Origin: the human T2T-CHM13v2.0 reference genome, Homo sapiens | Assembly (NCBI RefSeq): GCF_009914755.1 | Contig: NC_060925.1 | Direction: 5' to 3' (one strand) | Length of the DNA: 64,000 nt | In this document: positions 14,212 through 27,400 of the stretch, piece by piece | How the letters are laid out: every line of letters starts with the position of its first letter | Position numbering within the stretch: the stretch's first letter is position 1 | Made by a program: the position numbers and the translations under genes | The notes under the pieces: model-generated | Database searches by the model: none | Seen by the model: the letters and a program-made list of their open reading frames with translations, nothing else | What the model was told of the DNA's origin: nothing

Positions 14212-14619
14212 CCTGAGACTGGATAACTTACAAAGGAAAGAAGTTTAATTGACTCACAGTTCTGCATGGCTGGGGAGACCAGAGGAAATTTACAATTATG
14301 GAGGAAGGGGAAGCAGGCACCTTCTTCACAAGGCAGCAGGAGAAAGAAGCAGGAAGGAGGAACTTCCAAACATTTATAAAATAATCAGTTCTTGTGAGAA
14401 CTCACTCACTATCATGAGAACAGCATGGAGGAGACCACCCCCATGATCCAATCACCTCCCACTAGGTCCCTGATAACATGGTGATTTTGGTAATTACAAT
14501 TCGAGATGAGATTTGGGTGGGGACACAGAACCAAACCATATCAGAAATGAATTGAAATTTGAGCTGCTAGTCACCTCAGGCAAGAGAGTGTTCACAGTTA
14601 GAGAAATGGTCTCCCAGCT

Positions 14620-15900
14620 TTTCTCTTCCAATCTTTGTGAGGCAGCCTTCAGGGAAAAGTGGCACTTTGCTCCCCATTGAATTTCTCATCTCCCCTCAGC
14701 ATATATTTGAACAAGAAAAAAGAAACTGAAGAGCGAAGACCAGGGAAAGAGAGGTGGCAGTGGTGCAGGAAGCCTGCACTCCATGTGTCTGGCATAAAAG
14801 GAGAAATGCATTTCCTGAGAACCAATAGCCAGGCTGGGACTATTTTGGGGGTATCGGGCCTGGGTAGCAGTCCCAGGTAGGAGGCTGAGATGAGCACATC
14901 AAGAGATGGGGACTGAGGCTGAAGTTGAAAAGAGTCATGTTAGAAGACATCTTATGCCTCCACAAGGAGGCAGCATTAAACACCAGCTATGCAACAGTCA
15001 TCACCAGCCAATGAAGGTCTTATAGCTTAATCCGTTAAGAGAAAATCTTTAAACCCCTTTCTTTATCTCCAGCCCCCAAGCTTCAACATATCCGAGGATC
15101 GAAGGCCTGAATAAAGTGGCATCACAGAAGTGTGAGAACAGCCTTTCCCCATTCTCCGGAGTGGATCCATGAGCCAGGAGTCAGGCCTGCACTTTGAGGA
15201 GCGGAAGTGCTTTTGTGAGGACAAGCAAGAATGTCTTGTAATTTCAACTACCCTTAAAGCTGTTTCAGGGTTCCCTGATAATGAACTAACTGATACTGGG
15301 ACTTCCCTTCTCCATCCCCCAAAGAAAAGCTGCGTTCCAACTCAACACCTCATAGAACCAGAGCCCCCTAATATCCCTAGGTGTGGGCAGCTGGCATTCC
15401 CCAACATTCCCCTAACACCCAGCACCTAAGCTAAGAATGCTTGGGGCCTGAACCCCAAATGTTTATTCAGCCATGTAAAGCCACTTGCACACTTGTCCTA
15501 TAAAAAAGGAAAGCAACAGAATGTTTTTCTCCTCTTGGAGCAGAGCCCCACAGTGAATCTAGCAATGCACTGGCTCAAACATGCCCCCTTTTCAGCAGCA
15601 TGCTGAAAGAAATAGGATCCATGCGTCAGCTGGAATTTCTATCTCTGAGTTTCTACCTAAACTAAGTGATACTTTCTGTTATTCCCAGTCACATCAAAAC
15701 AAATGTGAGATTCAAATTTTAAACTGGGCTATACTGTAACAAATTAGACTTGACTCTTTTTGTTTTGTTTTGTTTAAATAACAGAAAGTGACTAGAAAAC
15801 TATAGGATCCACCTAAGATGCTAAGACATGGCAAAGTGAGACCAAACATAGCACAACAAATAGTTGGAGACAAAATAAAAGCATTTTACATTTGTGCACT
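14620..15900 (+). mobile_element. MamGypLTR-like ancient LTR with an unassigned TG..CA LTR-like insert at ~15261-15701
   Basis: 15710-15900 (tttaaactggg..taaataacagaaagtgactagaaaactataggatcc..aataaaagc) resembles the recalled MamGypLTR1 3' part; the insert begins tgttt and ends aaaca. Confidence 0.45.
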
Positions 15901-16029
15901 ACAATGTTCAGGCTATTCAACACACTAATTTCACACATACAGTCCCATTTATTGCCAACAATAACCCTGCAAAGTAGGTACTATTATTGGGCACATTTTA
16001 CATATAAAACGACTTAAAATTAGAGGAGG

Positions 16030-16590
16030 TAGTATATATTTTCCTAATTTTTGGCAGCCCAGCATCTAAAGCCCTTTTCTATGCTTGAAGAATGCCCTGC
16101 CTTATGAGTGAGTCTTGCTGGAAAGAAGAGACCAGCTTCCAATATAAAAACTGAAAATACCAAATACTTTTCCCATATTCCCTGATAACTATCACACTGA
16201 CATTAGAAGAGTCTCCACCAACAGATGTGAGCATGCCAGTTTTCCCCAGAATCTAAAGATACAAAGAAAGAGGATTTTTGTGGGAAACCACTCTGGTGAA
16301 AATGCCAGTGGAAGTCCTACACTGAACCCGATTTCCAGTGGCAAGAATTTTAGTGGCTCCAGCAGCGATGCCCAGTGCTCCGTGACTATGGGTTCGCAAT
16401 GTACACAAACTGGTTGGGCCACTGCAGATGAAAGAGATGGCTTCAAGTGCTCAGTTATGTGTCTTGATTGGTAATGTGGCCATTGGCTGGGTAATGTCCA
16501 CACTGCTTCTCTGGCCCTTTTGAAGTGTCTGTTAGCCATAATAACTAGATTTATTTTCTGATTAAATTAGCTAGAATTAGGTTCTGACTG
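16030..16590 (+). mobile_element. LTR33-like ERVL LTR inserted in a minus-strand MIR (flanks ~15900-16030 and ~16590-16660)
   Basis: tttttggcagcccagcatctaa start; ttttctgattaaattagctagaattaggttctg end. Confidence 0.6.
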
Positions 16591-16684
16591 ACTTAGGATA
16601 AGTAATTGCTCTCTGATCACACATAGAGCAAATGATGGAGCTGGAATTCCAGTCTTCACTAGGTTATACTGAATGATGAGATAA

Positions 16685-17049
16685 TGTTATGGGCTGAATT
16701 CATGTGTTGAAGTCCTCATCTCCAGAACCTCAGAATGTCTGTATTTGGAGAAGAGTTTTTAATGTTGTAATTCAGTGAAAGTGAGGTCAGTAGGGTGGCT
16801 ATAATTCAATATGACCTGAATCCTTACGAGAATGAAAATCTGGACACAGAAATCCGTGTGGGAGGCCATGTGAAGACACGGAGAAAGCATCCATCTGTGA
16901 GCCAAAGAGAGAGGCCTCAGAAGAAACCACCCCTGCAGACACCTTGTAATTGGACGTCTAGCCTTCAGAACTGTGAAACAGGAAATTTCTGTTATTTAAG
17001 CCACCCAGTCTATGGTACTTTGTTATGGCAGTCCTAATAAACTAATACC
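16685..17049 (+). mobile_element. MLT1A/B MaLR solo LTR
   Basis: tgttatgggctgaat..acctcagaatgt..cagaactgtga..ttaagccacccagtctatggtactttgttatggcag..aactaatac. Confidence 0.9.
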
Positions 17050-17711
17050 AGGAATGAGGAATACGAAAGAATTCAAGATGATCTCAAAGTTGCTCAATGA
17101 GGTGACTTTAGAAAAGATGAAGGGTATGAGAGGAGTAGCCATTGCAGAAGGAGAACAAGATCATGAATTCAATTCAGAAAACTTTGATTTTGAGACCTCT
17201 GCAGGAGAAAATAAGAGAAAGCTTCAAAGGCCTAGCTTCCTTTATAGAGTCCTGGGAGAGACCTAAAGTTGAGGAATAGAGAGAAAAGGCACCTCTGGAT
17301 ACTCACTGGCATTGGATCCAGCTCTGAGTTGCTTGCTTTCTGGGCTTCAGAATGACAAAGCAGGTTTATGCACAGAGTTTTTCAATAAGCAAGTCCCCAC
17401 TGAAGGTCACAGGCCTATTTCAGCAGTGGGAGAAACCACAGTCAGCAGTATTGGGCCATGCAAGTGAAGGGTTGTTCACTGGAGAGGTTTGTTACCTTAT
17501 TGGGAAGATGAAGTTTTCATCCAGCATTAAGCCTATGGCTATAATTCAGGGATGAGACAAGGGTGTTTGCATTTGTTAGCATGAAGACAAACAAATCCAA
17601 CACCCTTAGGTCAGAATTTCAGCTTAACATGGTATCTTGTGCTTGAATATCCCTTGCAACCTCTCCTGACTTTCCACTTTCCAAAGTGAGTCTTTTAAAA
17701 TGCTCACGTTT

Positions 17712-18260
<549 letters not shown>

Positions 18261-19694
18261 CACCTGGCTGAGTACCTATGAAATTGCCATGGATGATCTC
18301 AAAATTCAAAGAAAAGTCCAGTGCATATAAATAAAAACCTTGAAAACACAAATTCATAGGCAAAAGGCTGAGAGGCCACATAAATTACTTTTAGTGAAAA
18401 CAACAAATAATATTAGTATTATTTCTGTTTCAGTATTCAAGGCAGTGGTGATGGGAACTTGAGGGCATGAGAATCAGGGCAAAGAGAATTACTGAAAGAG
18501 TAAAACTATCTTAAAGATGTGAGGTTGGCCACTGATGGAGAGGACAAGCAGGACAGGGATCGGGGGACCAAAGTCCAGCTGCACTGACTCCATTCAGCTC
18601 TGCTCTGTTCACCCTCATCCCAAACCTGTCCCCATCCCCAGACAAATAGAAGCTGTGGACAAAGATTGTTTTTGCCCTCCACATCTCCAATACTCTGTTT
18701 TCAAATGACTGCAACCAACCCAACAAAAGAACTCACTTAACATATTAGTAGTATCTTAAATGATGCAATTTTATCTTGTCCATGAAATAGCTTCAATTAA
18801 AACAAATTATCTCTTTCCATTCATAGCTTAATTCATATAGCACATCTGATAGAGCCTTTTTAAATGCTCACTTTTATTGGTCTTATTTCAAAATTAATTC
18901 ATGTTTATAGTCTAGCATTTAGAAAATTCCAAGGCAAAGCAGGCTACATTTGTGTGTTTCCTCTTGGTGTCTCCAGTGCCCCATGCCGCCACTGCACAGA
19001 GGACATTAAGCATTGAACACAGAGAACTAAACCACTTAAGGAACCACCCATAATCTCAATACCAATAGATACTTACCCTCACTTTTTTGATATGTTTTTT
19101 CCAGTCACTTGTGTATGTAAGCATACATACAAAAACAGGTGTGTGTGTGTGTGTAAAAATGTGTGTTTACAGAGTTCGTTTTACAGGAAAGCACAAAGTC
19201 AGATAGTTGTTATCGGGCACCTATGGGAAATGTCATAGGAGACTAAAGATGAGACGAAAACTTTGGGACCACCACTCTTAATCATCCTAATACTTGATCT
19301 TTCCATGGCTACCCTGAGATAGAATAAATGGCTTTTGTAAAACAACTTAAACCTCATCTCCTTAATTGAGGTATCCTGCTTTCTTACTCTTATTTACGTG
19401 TCTAAGTCAGGGAGAAACATCCCATTATGTCACAAATAAGATTAAAGGTAGTTGTAATTAAATTTCACCATGTGCCCTGAGTTTTCCCACCTGAGAATTA
19501 TAAGAAAAAAATCAAAAGGTCTTCTCCTCTTACTAGACTACCCACCAAATGGTCATTACATTTTCCTGTAGGCTGCAGATAAAATCTCTCTATCATAAGT
19601 CTCCCAATCACCAAGTGAGAAAACACCACTCTGTGGTCCAGGGATGTGTAGGCAATTGAAGAGTTTCTCTTTTAAGAATGGCAGCTCATTAGGG

Positions 19695-20133
19695 TAAGTG
19701 TCCAAGAACATAATGAAAAAATTGTGGTATATTTATACTGGGGGATATGCCAGATTAAAAAACGAACACATTTGAGTTACAGATAGCAACATGGATAAAT
19801 CTCTAATGCAGAATTTTAATAAGAAAAAGGCATATTGCAGAATTATAGGTGCAGTATAATACCATGTATATAAAGTTTAAACACAAAAACATGCTATATA
19901 TCTTTTATGGATATATCCTTGTGCAGTAAAAAATATAAAATATGCATAAGAATGACAAAGACAAATTTTAGAGGATTTATTCCCTTAGGGAGAAAAGGAA
20001 ACGGCATCACAAGGATTACAAGATTTGAATTGAATCTACAATATTTTATTCCTTAAGCTGAGTAGCGGGTACATGGGTGTTCATATACTCAAAACCATTT
20101 TTGGCACATGAAATATTTTAAAATTTTTTAAAA
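19695..20133 (+). mobile_element. L1ME 3'-end fragment
   Basis: aaattgtggtatattta..gcaacatggataaatct..cttaagctgagtagcgggtacatgggtgttcat. Confidence 0.8.
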
Positions 20134-20147
20134 AGCTAGATAGTATG

Positions 20148-20300
20148 ATTGACATCTTCAGATACTTGAAGATCTGGCATGTTGATGATGGAAAGTATCC
20201 TATGACTAAGTAGGTAAAGCTATTATGAAGGCAAATTTTAGGTCATTCTTAGGAAAAACCTAAAAGGGCTGTCTAAAAATGAACAGTGTCTTCTACATGA
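20148..20300 (+). mobile_element. L3/CR1 fragment
   Basis: tcttcagatacttgaaga..gaaggcaaattttagg..gggctgtctaaaaatgaa resembles the L3 3' region. Confidence 0.5.
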
Positions 20301-21539
20301 TTAAGGAGTAAAACAGAGTTAAGGTCTTCGGAGGTAGCAAGTCACAGTGCAAGTAGAGTTCACTTGTCTTTGTCTTGAAAGCAAAGATTTCTTTTCTCTT
20401 GCAAAATTCCCGGGACATATCCTGATAAAGCTTTACATCTCAGCAGCATCACTCTGATTGCTCTTTTTTCAGTTGGTGTCATTGGAAGCCCCTAAACCCT
20501 ATTTAACTTCAGTGCCATTGACTGGCACTTCCTGCCACTTACATCTTTGCCATTTGGCAGTGCCTGGGTTGGACAGATCTGCCACCTGGTTCTGGTTCTG
20601 CATTATTGTCATTCCTTGTGCCAGTCATAAGGATTCACTGGCACCCCTCTGAGATTAGGAGTTCTCCAGGTCTGGAGATATTAAAAAAGAGAGAGATGGT
20701 CAGCGATGCTATAGAAGGGATTTTAGTAGTCTCTGGTATGCTGGAGCACATAACCTTTGAGTATGGATTTCCATATTCATTTATTCAAGAAATGTTTAGT
20801 GAGTGTTTACTTTGTGCAAAGCACCTTGCTCGTTAAGCTTCTATGGCTCTAGAATTTGTCTTTGAAAATGCGTCTCTAACTTTACAGAAATGAAAATTGA
20901 GACATGATGGGAAAACTTATTTTAAGCAAACAATAAGGCAGGCAGGCAGGCTGTGGTTTGCAGACCGACCACTTCTAGCCTTATTGCCAAGAGCACTACG
21001 AGAGTCACAGGAACATTTTGGAGATAATGTTACATTCACAGACTTGTACATGTCTTACAGTGAAAGACACCCCAGAGGTTATCCAATTCAAATACTTCAT
21101 TTTACAGACGAGGAAACAAAAGCCTGGGGAGGTATGTGGCTAACTGATTGCAGAATCTATTCTCAGATATGGTATTTCCTTCCCAACCTTGAAAGTTGTG
21201 TTCCTGAAAACCTCCATGGAAGGAGAAATTACACTTGAGGAACTTACGACCTTAGGAAGAAAATAGAGTTTGGGGAGTAAGATAGTGAGTGAATCTGAGA
21301 AAGTTATCATCATTGTTTTATATCTACTAATAAAACAATGTAGGTACCATTGATACCCACTTTATTTTATGCCGAACGCATTTGTAATGGTGAATCTTGT
21401 ACAGGTGATTTTATTTACTTCTTAGAATTCCTTATTAACAATTCTCTAGGCTCTCTATACACAATTTTTGTAAAACTTCTTGTGAGTCATTGCCTTTTTG
21501 TGTAAATACTGGTTACAATGGATTGTTTTCTGTTTCAGG

Positions 21540-23995
21540 TCCTGTTGTCTCTGCCTTTTTGCATCTTTGACATTATCATTGTAACTTATAACTTCTAACC
21601 TCTACTCTGACTCAACTTGGTTGTTTCCTGATTCCTCTCTCTCCTTCTTGCTGTTCCTTCTCTCTGCTGTCCTTTAACTGTAGCTGCTCACCAGGACTAT
21701 GCTGTAAACTTTCACCTCCTCTCACTGTTTACTCTACCTATGTAACTATCATGTTTGATAATGAGGTCCTGCTGAATAAGCCTGTTTGCTGTCTTTCCAG
21801 GCTGTGCTTTCCCACTCCTGCAGCTACTGCCTTAATTCAGGTTATCACTGTCTCTCACTAGGACCCCTGCACTAATCTCCTTGATTGGTCAAAGGTTTCA
21901 TTATTTGCATTGTGCTCTGAGTGAAATTTTCTTATGACGGCTTACAGTTCCCAGTGGCTGCATGTGCCTATAGAACACTAACTTCCTAAGCATTTCATCC
22001 AAGGCCCTCCACCTTAGCTCTTGTACCCTTTACTCCAGCCATATTTATTGACCCTACTTGATGGCCTAATGTACCAGACTATTTGGCATCTTCATGCCTT
22101 TGTGAACTGACTTTTCTTCATCAGGAATGCCCTTCACTCTGCCCCTCTCACGCTACCCATTTCCCCTCCCACGTGCAATCACCTGCCTGGTGAACATCTA
22201 CTCTTCCTCGAAAACTTTGCTCATACCATCACCTCTCCCTTGGAGGTACCACTTCCTACTCCTACTTTCTGCTCATCTCGTACCTCATTAAAGAGAATAG
22301 GAGGTTCCCACCACAAAATCTGAAAGCCTCCTGCCACAAAACCTGTCTTCTTCCCTCTGTGCAACTGAATGTGACTCCTTGTAATCAAATGCTCATCCCT
22401 CAATTCATGTTGGGAATCCCATCTCTCTCACTTTCTCAAGAAGTTCAATGCTTCTGTCAGACTGTCTCCAGTCAATTATTCCCATCAGCATATAAACATA
22501 ATCCAGTATTACTGTCCTAACCAATACTCCATATTGATCCACATCCCTTTCCAGCTACCATTCTTTTCTGTCTTTCACAATAAAATTCCATAAAATAGTT
22601 GTGTACACACAGCACTTTTATGTTTTCACTTCACAGTCACTTTGGAATTCACTTCAAATTGGCATTCACCCACATGACCCAGTTGGTCACTAATGACCTT
22701 TATAGTGCTATGTCCACATTTTCATCTCACTAGAACTTTCAGCAACATCCAACAATTGACCATTCTCTTCTCAAAATTGGCCATTCTCTTCTTGAAATTG
22801 TTCTTGGCTTACATGATTCCATATTTCCCTGGTCTTTTATCTGCTTCTCTACCTGCTCCTCCTAAGCCTCTGTTGTGTCTTTTCTTCCACTTTCTATAAT
22901 ACCTCTAAGTATTGAATTTCCTCAGTATTCTGCTCTGAACCCCATGCCTTATGTTTCCATAAATAATCTCATTCATCCTCATGGCTTAAAATACCAATTC
23001 CAAGCCAATGACTCCTATGTCTGTATCTCTAGTCCTAACCTCTCCTCTGACCTCCTGACTTATACTCTTGTCTTTATAACACCCACTTATGAATGCTTCA
23101 TGGACATCTCACATAAATATATCCAAGACTGCATTTTTATTTCCCTCTGAAAACCTAGTCCTCCTTCCATCCTCCCCACCTCCCTTTTTTGGCAACATTA
23201 TCCACGCTGTTGATCAGGTCTGGATCCTGGGAGTCACTAATTATTTCTCCCTGTATTTCTTCCTCTAGTCCAATTCGTCACTAAGTCTGATCATCTGTCT
23301 CCTAAATGCAGCATAAGGAGATCCACTTTTCTTTATCGTTACTGCCACATTGTAGTTTGATCTACTATTATTTTAAACTTAACAACCACAATACCTTCAA
23401 ACTGATCTCCATGCACACAGAACACAGTGACTCTCATCCTTAATTGAATCTCTACACAGCCACAGAAACAGTCTTTCTTGAAACATAAATCCCAGCATGA
23501 CACTGCCTGACATGCAATCTCTCTTTGCACTTTGTCTTAGTCCAGGTACATCAGTGTTGCTATAAGTCCTGTTGGTCAGCCTCCTGCCCCGTACCCTAAG
23601 CTCATCTTACATCAGCGAGTCCTCACTCTCCACTCTCTAGACTGACTCCTGATGTTTTCTCAAGCAAGTTGATTTCTTTCTCATCTTAATCCTTCACAGG
23701 TGGTACATAGTGCTTCCCGAGTTTAGATCTCCACTCTCCCTTATGTTCTCATAAAGGATTCATATGTCCTTTAGGTCTTGGCTTAAATGCCATCTATTCA
23801 GAGAAGCCTTCCCTGGCGACCTTATCTGAGTCAATCTTCCATTGTTATATTGTTATATTGATTTGCTTTGTTTCTTGCTACTTCTTCTACTTGACTCGGT
23901 AGAAGGCTCTGCATAATTGACCAAAATATATACAGTGTTTTTCAGAGTGCTAGTCACCTATTAGTACTGAAGAATTATTTGTTGAATAACTTAAT
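21540..23995 (+). mobile_element. L2 remnants (one piece ~21540-22300 and a longer L2a-like piece ~22330-23995)
   Basis: Pyrimidine-rich L2 motifs ttcccatcagcatataaacat, ctcatggcttaaaatacc..aatgactcc, tcagagaagccttccctg, terminal tattttgttgaat. Confidence 0.8.
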
Positions 23996-24354
23996 GATTT
24001 TTTTGCAGTTACACGAGTGTTGTTTTGATTGACTGAAAATAGATTGCCTAAGATGACATGAAAGATCAAAGGTGAAGAGTGGAAGATAGCACCACTTTGG
24101 GTTAAAAGTTTACTTAAGTCAGCAACTCCTCAAGAAACAGCTACCAGCATTCCTGGGACTATTATGCCCTGGTCTACTTGTAGCCTGTTTGTATTCCAGC
24201 CTACTTTGGCACCTTGCCGTCTCTGCTTACCGACTTTCTGCATAAGAGTGAAATAGAAAGTGACTTGGAACCATGTATACCTAAAGTGTGACATTTAAAA
24301 AAACGTCCTCAGAAAAACTAATATCCTGGTTATTTTTGAATGTGCTAAGAGACT

Positions 24355-27300
24355 CTTTTTTTTAATCTTGTTTTTTTATTTTGAATATAGAGCACATTGA
24401 GGTTTAAAATGGAAAATTCTATTAAAAATAAAAGGCATACGTTTACATATCTTACAATTACCTCTGCTTCTGTCCCTCCCATTCCTTATGAGAAACTAAC
24501 ATTTAGTAGAGTTTTATATTTCTTCTGCTATTTGGGCAAATATAAACAAATGCAAATATAATTTTTTCTTTTCCTCCATTTTTACTCAAAATATGATAAA
24601 TCATATGCACAATTTCGTATCTTATCTTTTTTACTTAATATATTCTGGAAAACCTTCTATATTAGTATACAAAGATTATCCTCTTTTTTCACAGCTGCAT
24701 AATATTCCAACATGTGGCTATATCAAAGATTATTTAACCAGTACCCCATAGATGGACATTTGGAGTGTTCCCAATATTTTGTGAGGAATGATTATGTATG
24801 TAAAAATTCCCAGAAGCTAAACAGATGGACCAATGTGTAATGCATTTTAAAATTTTTATAAATATTGTTAGCCAGGTGTAAGAGAGTCTTTTTTTCCCAC
24901 AGCCTTTACAATAAAATGTGTCACCAAAGTTTTGACTTTTTTCTATTTCAATTGGTAAAATCTGACATTTCAATGTAGGTTTTATTTGAATTTTTTATTA
25001 TGAGTATGGTTCAGCATCCAATTTATATATTCACTTTTTCTGTGAATTAACAATTCATGCTTTTGCCCATTTTTAATTTGATTATTGTAGCTTGTTTTTC
25101 CATATCAACTTCAGATTCAGCTGGTAAAGTTCCACCAAAAAAAAATTTTTGTAGTTTTATTGAGATTGCATTAAATATATCAATTAACTCAAAAATAGAC
25201 TTTTCTTAATAATGTAGGGTCTTCCTACCCTAGAACATGGTAAATTTTTCTGTTTGTTCAAGTCTACATTGTGTGTACATCATGTGAATTTTACAGTTCT
25301 CTTCCTATAGCTGTCTACAGTTCTAGTTGTTTTCCATAGATATTTTATGTCTTTTGCTATTATAAATGTGGTTTTTATTTTTCAAATATTTGCTATCTGA
25401 TTGTTGTTTGTATATATGAAAGCCAAAAAATAGAAGTAGATAAATTCCATTTCATTCACATTAAATAATAAATTCTTTTTTGTAGTCTTTACCTGATTCT
25501 TTTGTAGTTGTGGCTAACACTCATACGTAAATAAGGATAGATTTACCCTTTTATTTGTAATTTTTATTTCCAATATCTTTCTACTTTTAAACGTTAATAC
25601 GGAATCCTTCTTGTAATATTAAATGATAGTATTGTAAAGGAGTTGAGAGACTTATGTTCCTGACTTTGATGAAAATGATTCTAGAGTTTCCCCATTAAAT
25701 TTGATGCTGATATATAAATATTGCAGAGATCAGTTTTAGCAAAGATAGAATAATTATGCATCATAAACAAAACAACCCAAAAGTCTCAGTGATGTGAACA
25801 AATTCTATTCGAGTTTGGTGATTATGTTGTCTGGCTCCTCTTTGTCCTTACTTATTTTTTGTTCACTTGATCTTTCTTGGATTGAAAGTGGTAAATCGAA
25901 GCCTCGTGCAGTCAGTGTCTTTCCACTTCTCCACCTGTTTCCTGCAAATGCTGCTTTATTATACTTGCTGCCATTTTGATACATATATATTCATATAATT
26001 ATAATTTTATGTCCTCCCTTAACATTATAAATTTTCTTCCTTATTTTGTTATGCTTATTAGCGAAAAATCAACTTTGATAACTAAGATTGCAAGCCCTAC
26101 CAAACTAGTATATGTCTCATTGTCGAGCATTTGTAGTCAGTTTTCCCAGTGTCCTTGCACAATACAGACCCAAGTCTTCTTTCATTTCAGGAAAATTTTC
26201 TTAAATTATATTTATGATTTTTTTCAGTTTTATTGTTTTGATTTTCTTTGGGGAGAAATTTACTAATGGATATATTTGCATCTCTGATTATTTTTAAATC
26301 TCCTTCATTTCTGTTATACTTTGCTTTTCTAGTTTCTATCCTCTGTCTTTTATTCTCTGTGGTGACTACTCTGTCATGTGCTAATAATTAGTCTCCATTT
26401 CTGAAATAATTGTATCTTACCTATTTCTTTCCTGAGCTCTGCCAGTAACTGCTTTGCCTCTTCCAATCTTTGATGCTTTTAATCTAAGAAACACTTCCCT
26501 GATTTCTTGTATTTGTTTTATGATTTTCTTTCATAACAGTAATTGCTTCAGTATTATTTAATATTGGGTTAAAGTTTTCACATGCTTTTGGGGTAAATCT
26601 TTTCCTATTGAATTTCTTTCATTTTTAGAAAAGTTTTCTAATTTTTAAAACATTTTTTCTTGTAGTATCTTTGTATTTTTGTCTTTGTGTTGTGCCTATG
26701 CTTTGCTTTATGCTCATATTAAATGAGTTAGGTTTTTGTGGACTTGGTAATAGCCAGAGTTTCCTAGAGCAAAGGAGAGGGGAGAAGGACAATGTATAAT
26801 TTGCATCTCTGTGGGTCAAAGACACCATTTTTGTTGCTACAGAGATAGATAGATTTTTAAAGTATAGTGTTTCTTTCTTTCAGAGCCTTATTTAATTCAG
26901 GAGTATTTAATCAGCAAGTCCTATACTTGCGTGGGTCCTTTATAGCTGCTTCCCTTCATGGGCAAAGGCCTTGCCTTCTAATATTATCTATGTATTAAAT
27001 AATAGGTATTATTTATTTGTTCTTACTGAAGTATTCTCAGATCTACCTTTGGGACCCACTGAGCACTTTTCCTGCTACACATTCTGGCTCTTCCTCCGTT
27101 TGATTCTCATTTGGTCTCAGTCTAGTTCTCAGCAATTTTTGCTTATGATAAAGTTTGGTTGGGTTTTTTTGTTTGTTTTTAGGGGCTTTTCTTGTCAGTC
27201 TTCTGAGAATTTCTGAGATCTGCCCCACTAAGCCCCAGAGCCTGCCCACACCTTCTCACTCTTCTGCCTCAGTGTTCTATGGGTAAGCCTGCAGGCTCTG

Positions 27301-27400
27301 TTGGTGTCACTTACTTTAGAAGATTATCTATTTTTTTCTGTTTTCTAGTCTCCATGAAAATAGAATTTTAGGTTATTTTTGTACATTCTCTTGCTCTACT
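24355..27400 (-). mobile_element. Fragmented old L1 (L1MC/ME)
   Basis: ttatttaaccagtacccc..gatggacatttgg, tttattgagattgcattaaat, gttcctgactttgatg..tttcccattaa; heavily deleted. Confidence 0.75.

Larger units (their letters stand above)
13834..14543 (-). mobile_element. MSTA/THE1D-like MaLR solo LTR interrupted by an L1PA 3' end
   Basis: tgtattagtc..cacactgctataaagaa at 13834, resumes cctgagactgg..gactcacagttctgcatggctgggga at ~14212, ends aaaccatatca; perfect 5-bp TSD GAAAT (13829-13833 and 14544-14548). Confidence 0.92.
13365..14600 (+). mobile_element. Old L1M 5'-region fragment, split by the MST LTR
   Basis: ataactataaactctggacaaaaatacaaa..ctatctgggggctctggaaagt resembles L1MC/MD/ME 5' ends; sequence resumes after 14548. 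Confidence 0.5.

Noticed and set aside
13904-14369. K/E/R-rich and F/L/S-rich ORFs of up to 128 aa
   Set aside because: Translations of the GAAA microsatellite and LTR
22754-22800. Short tandem duplications (also ~1900-1940, 34543-34578, 43581-43608, 60493-60520, 62924-62966, 63806-63846)
   Set aside because: Ordinary two- or three-copy slippage duplications of 8-30 bp; not a CRISPR-like or functional array
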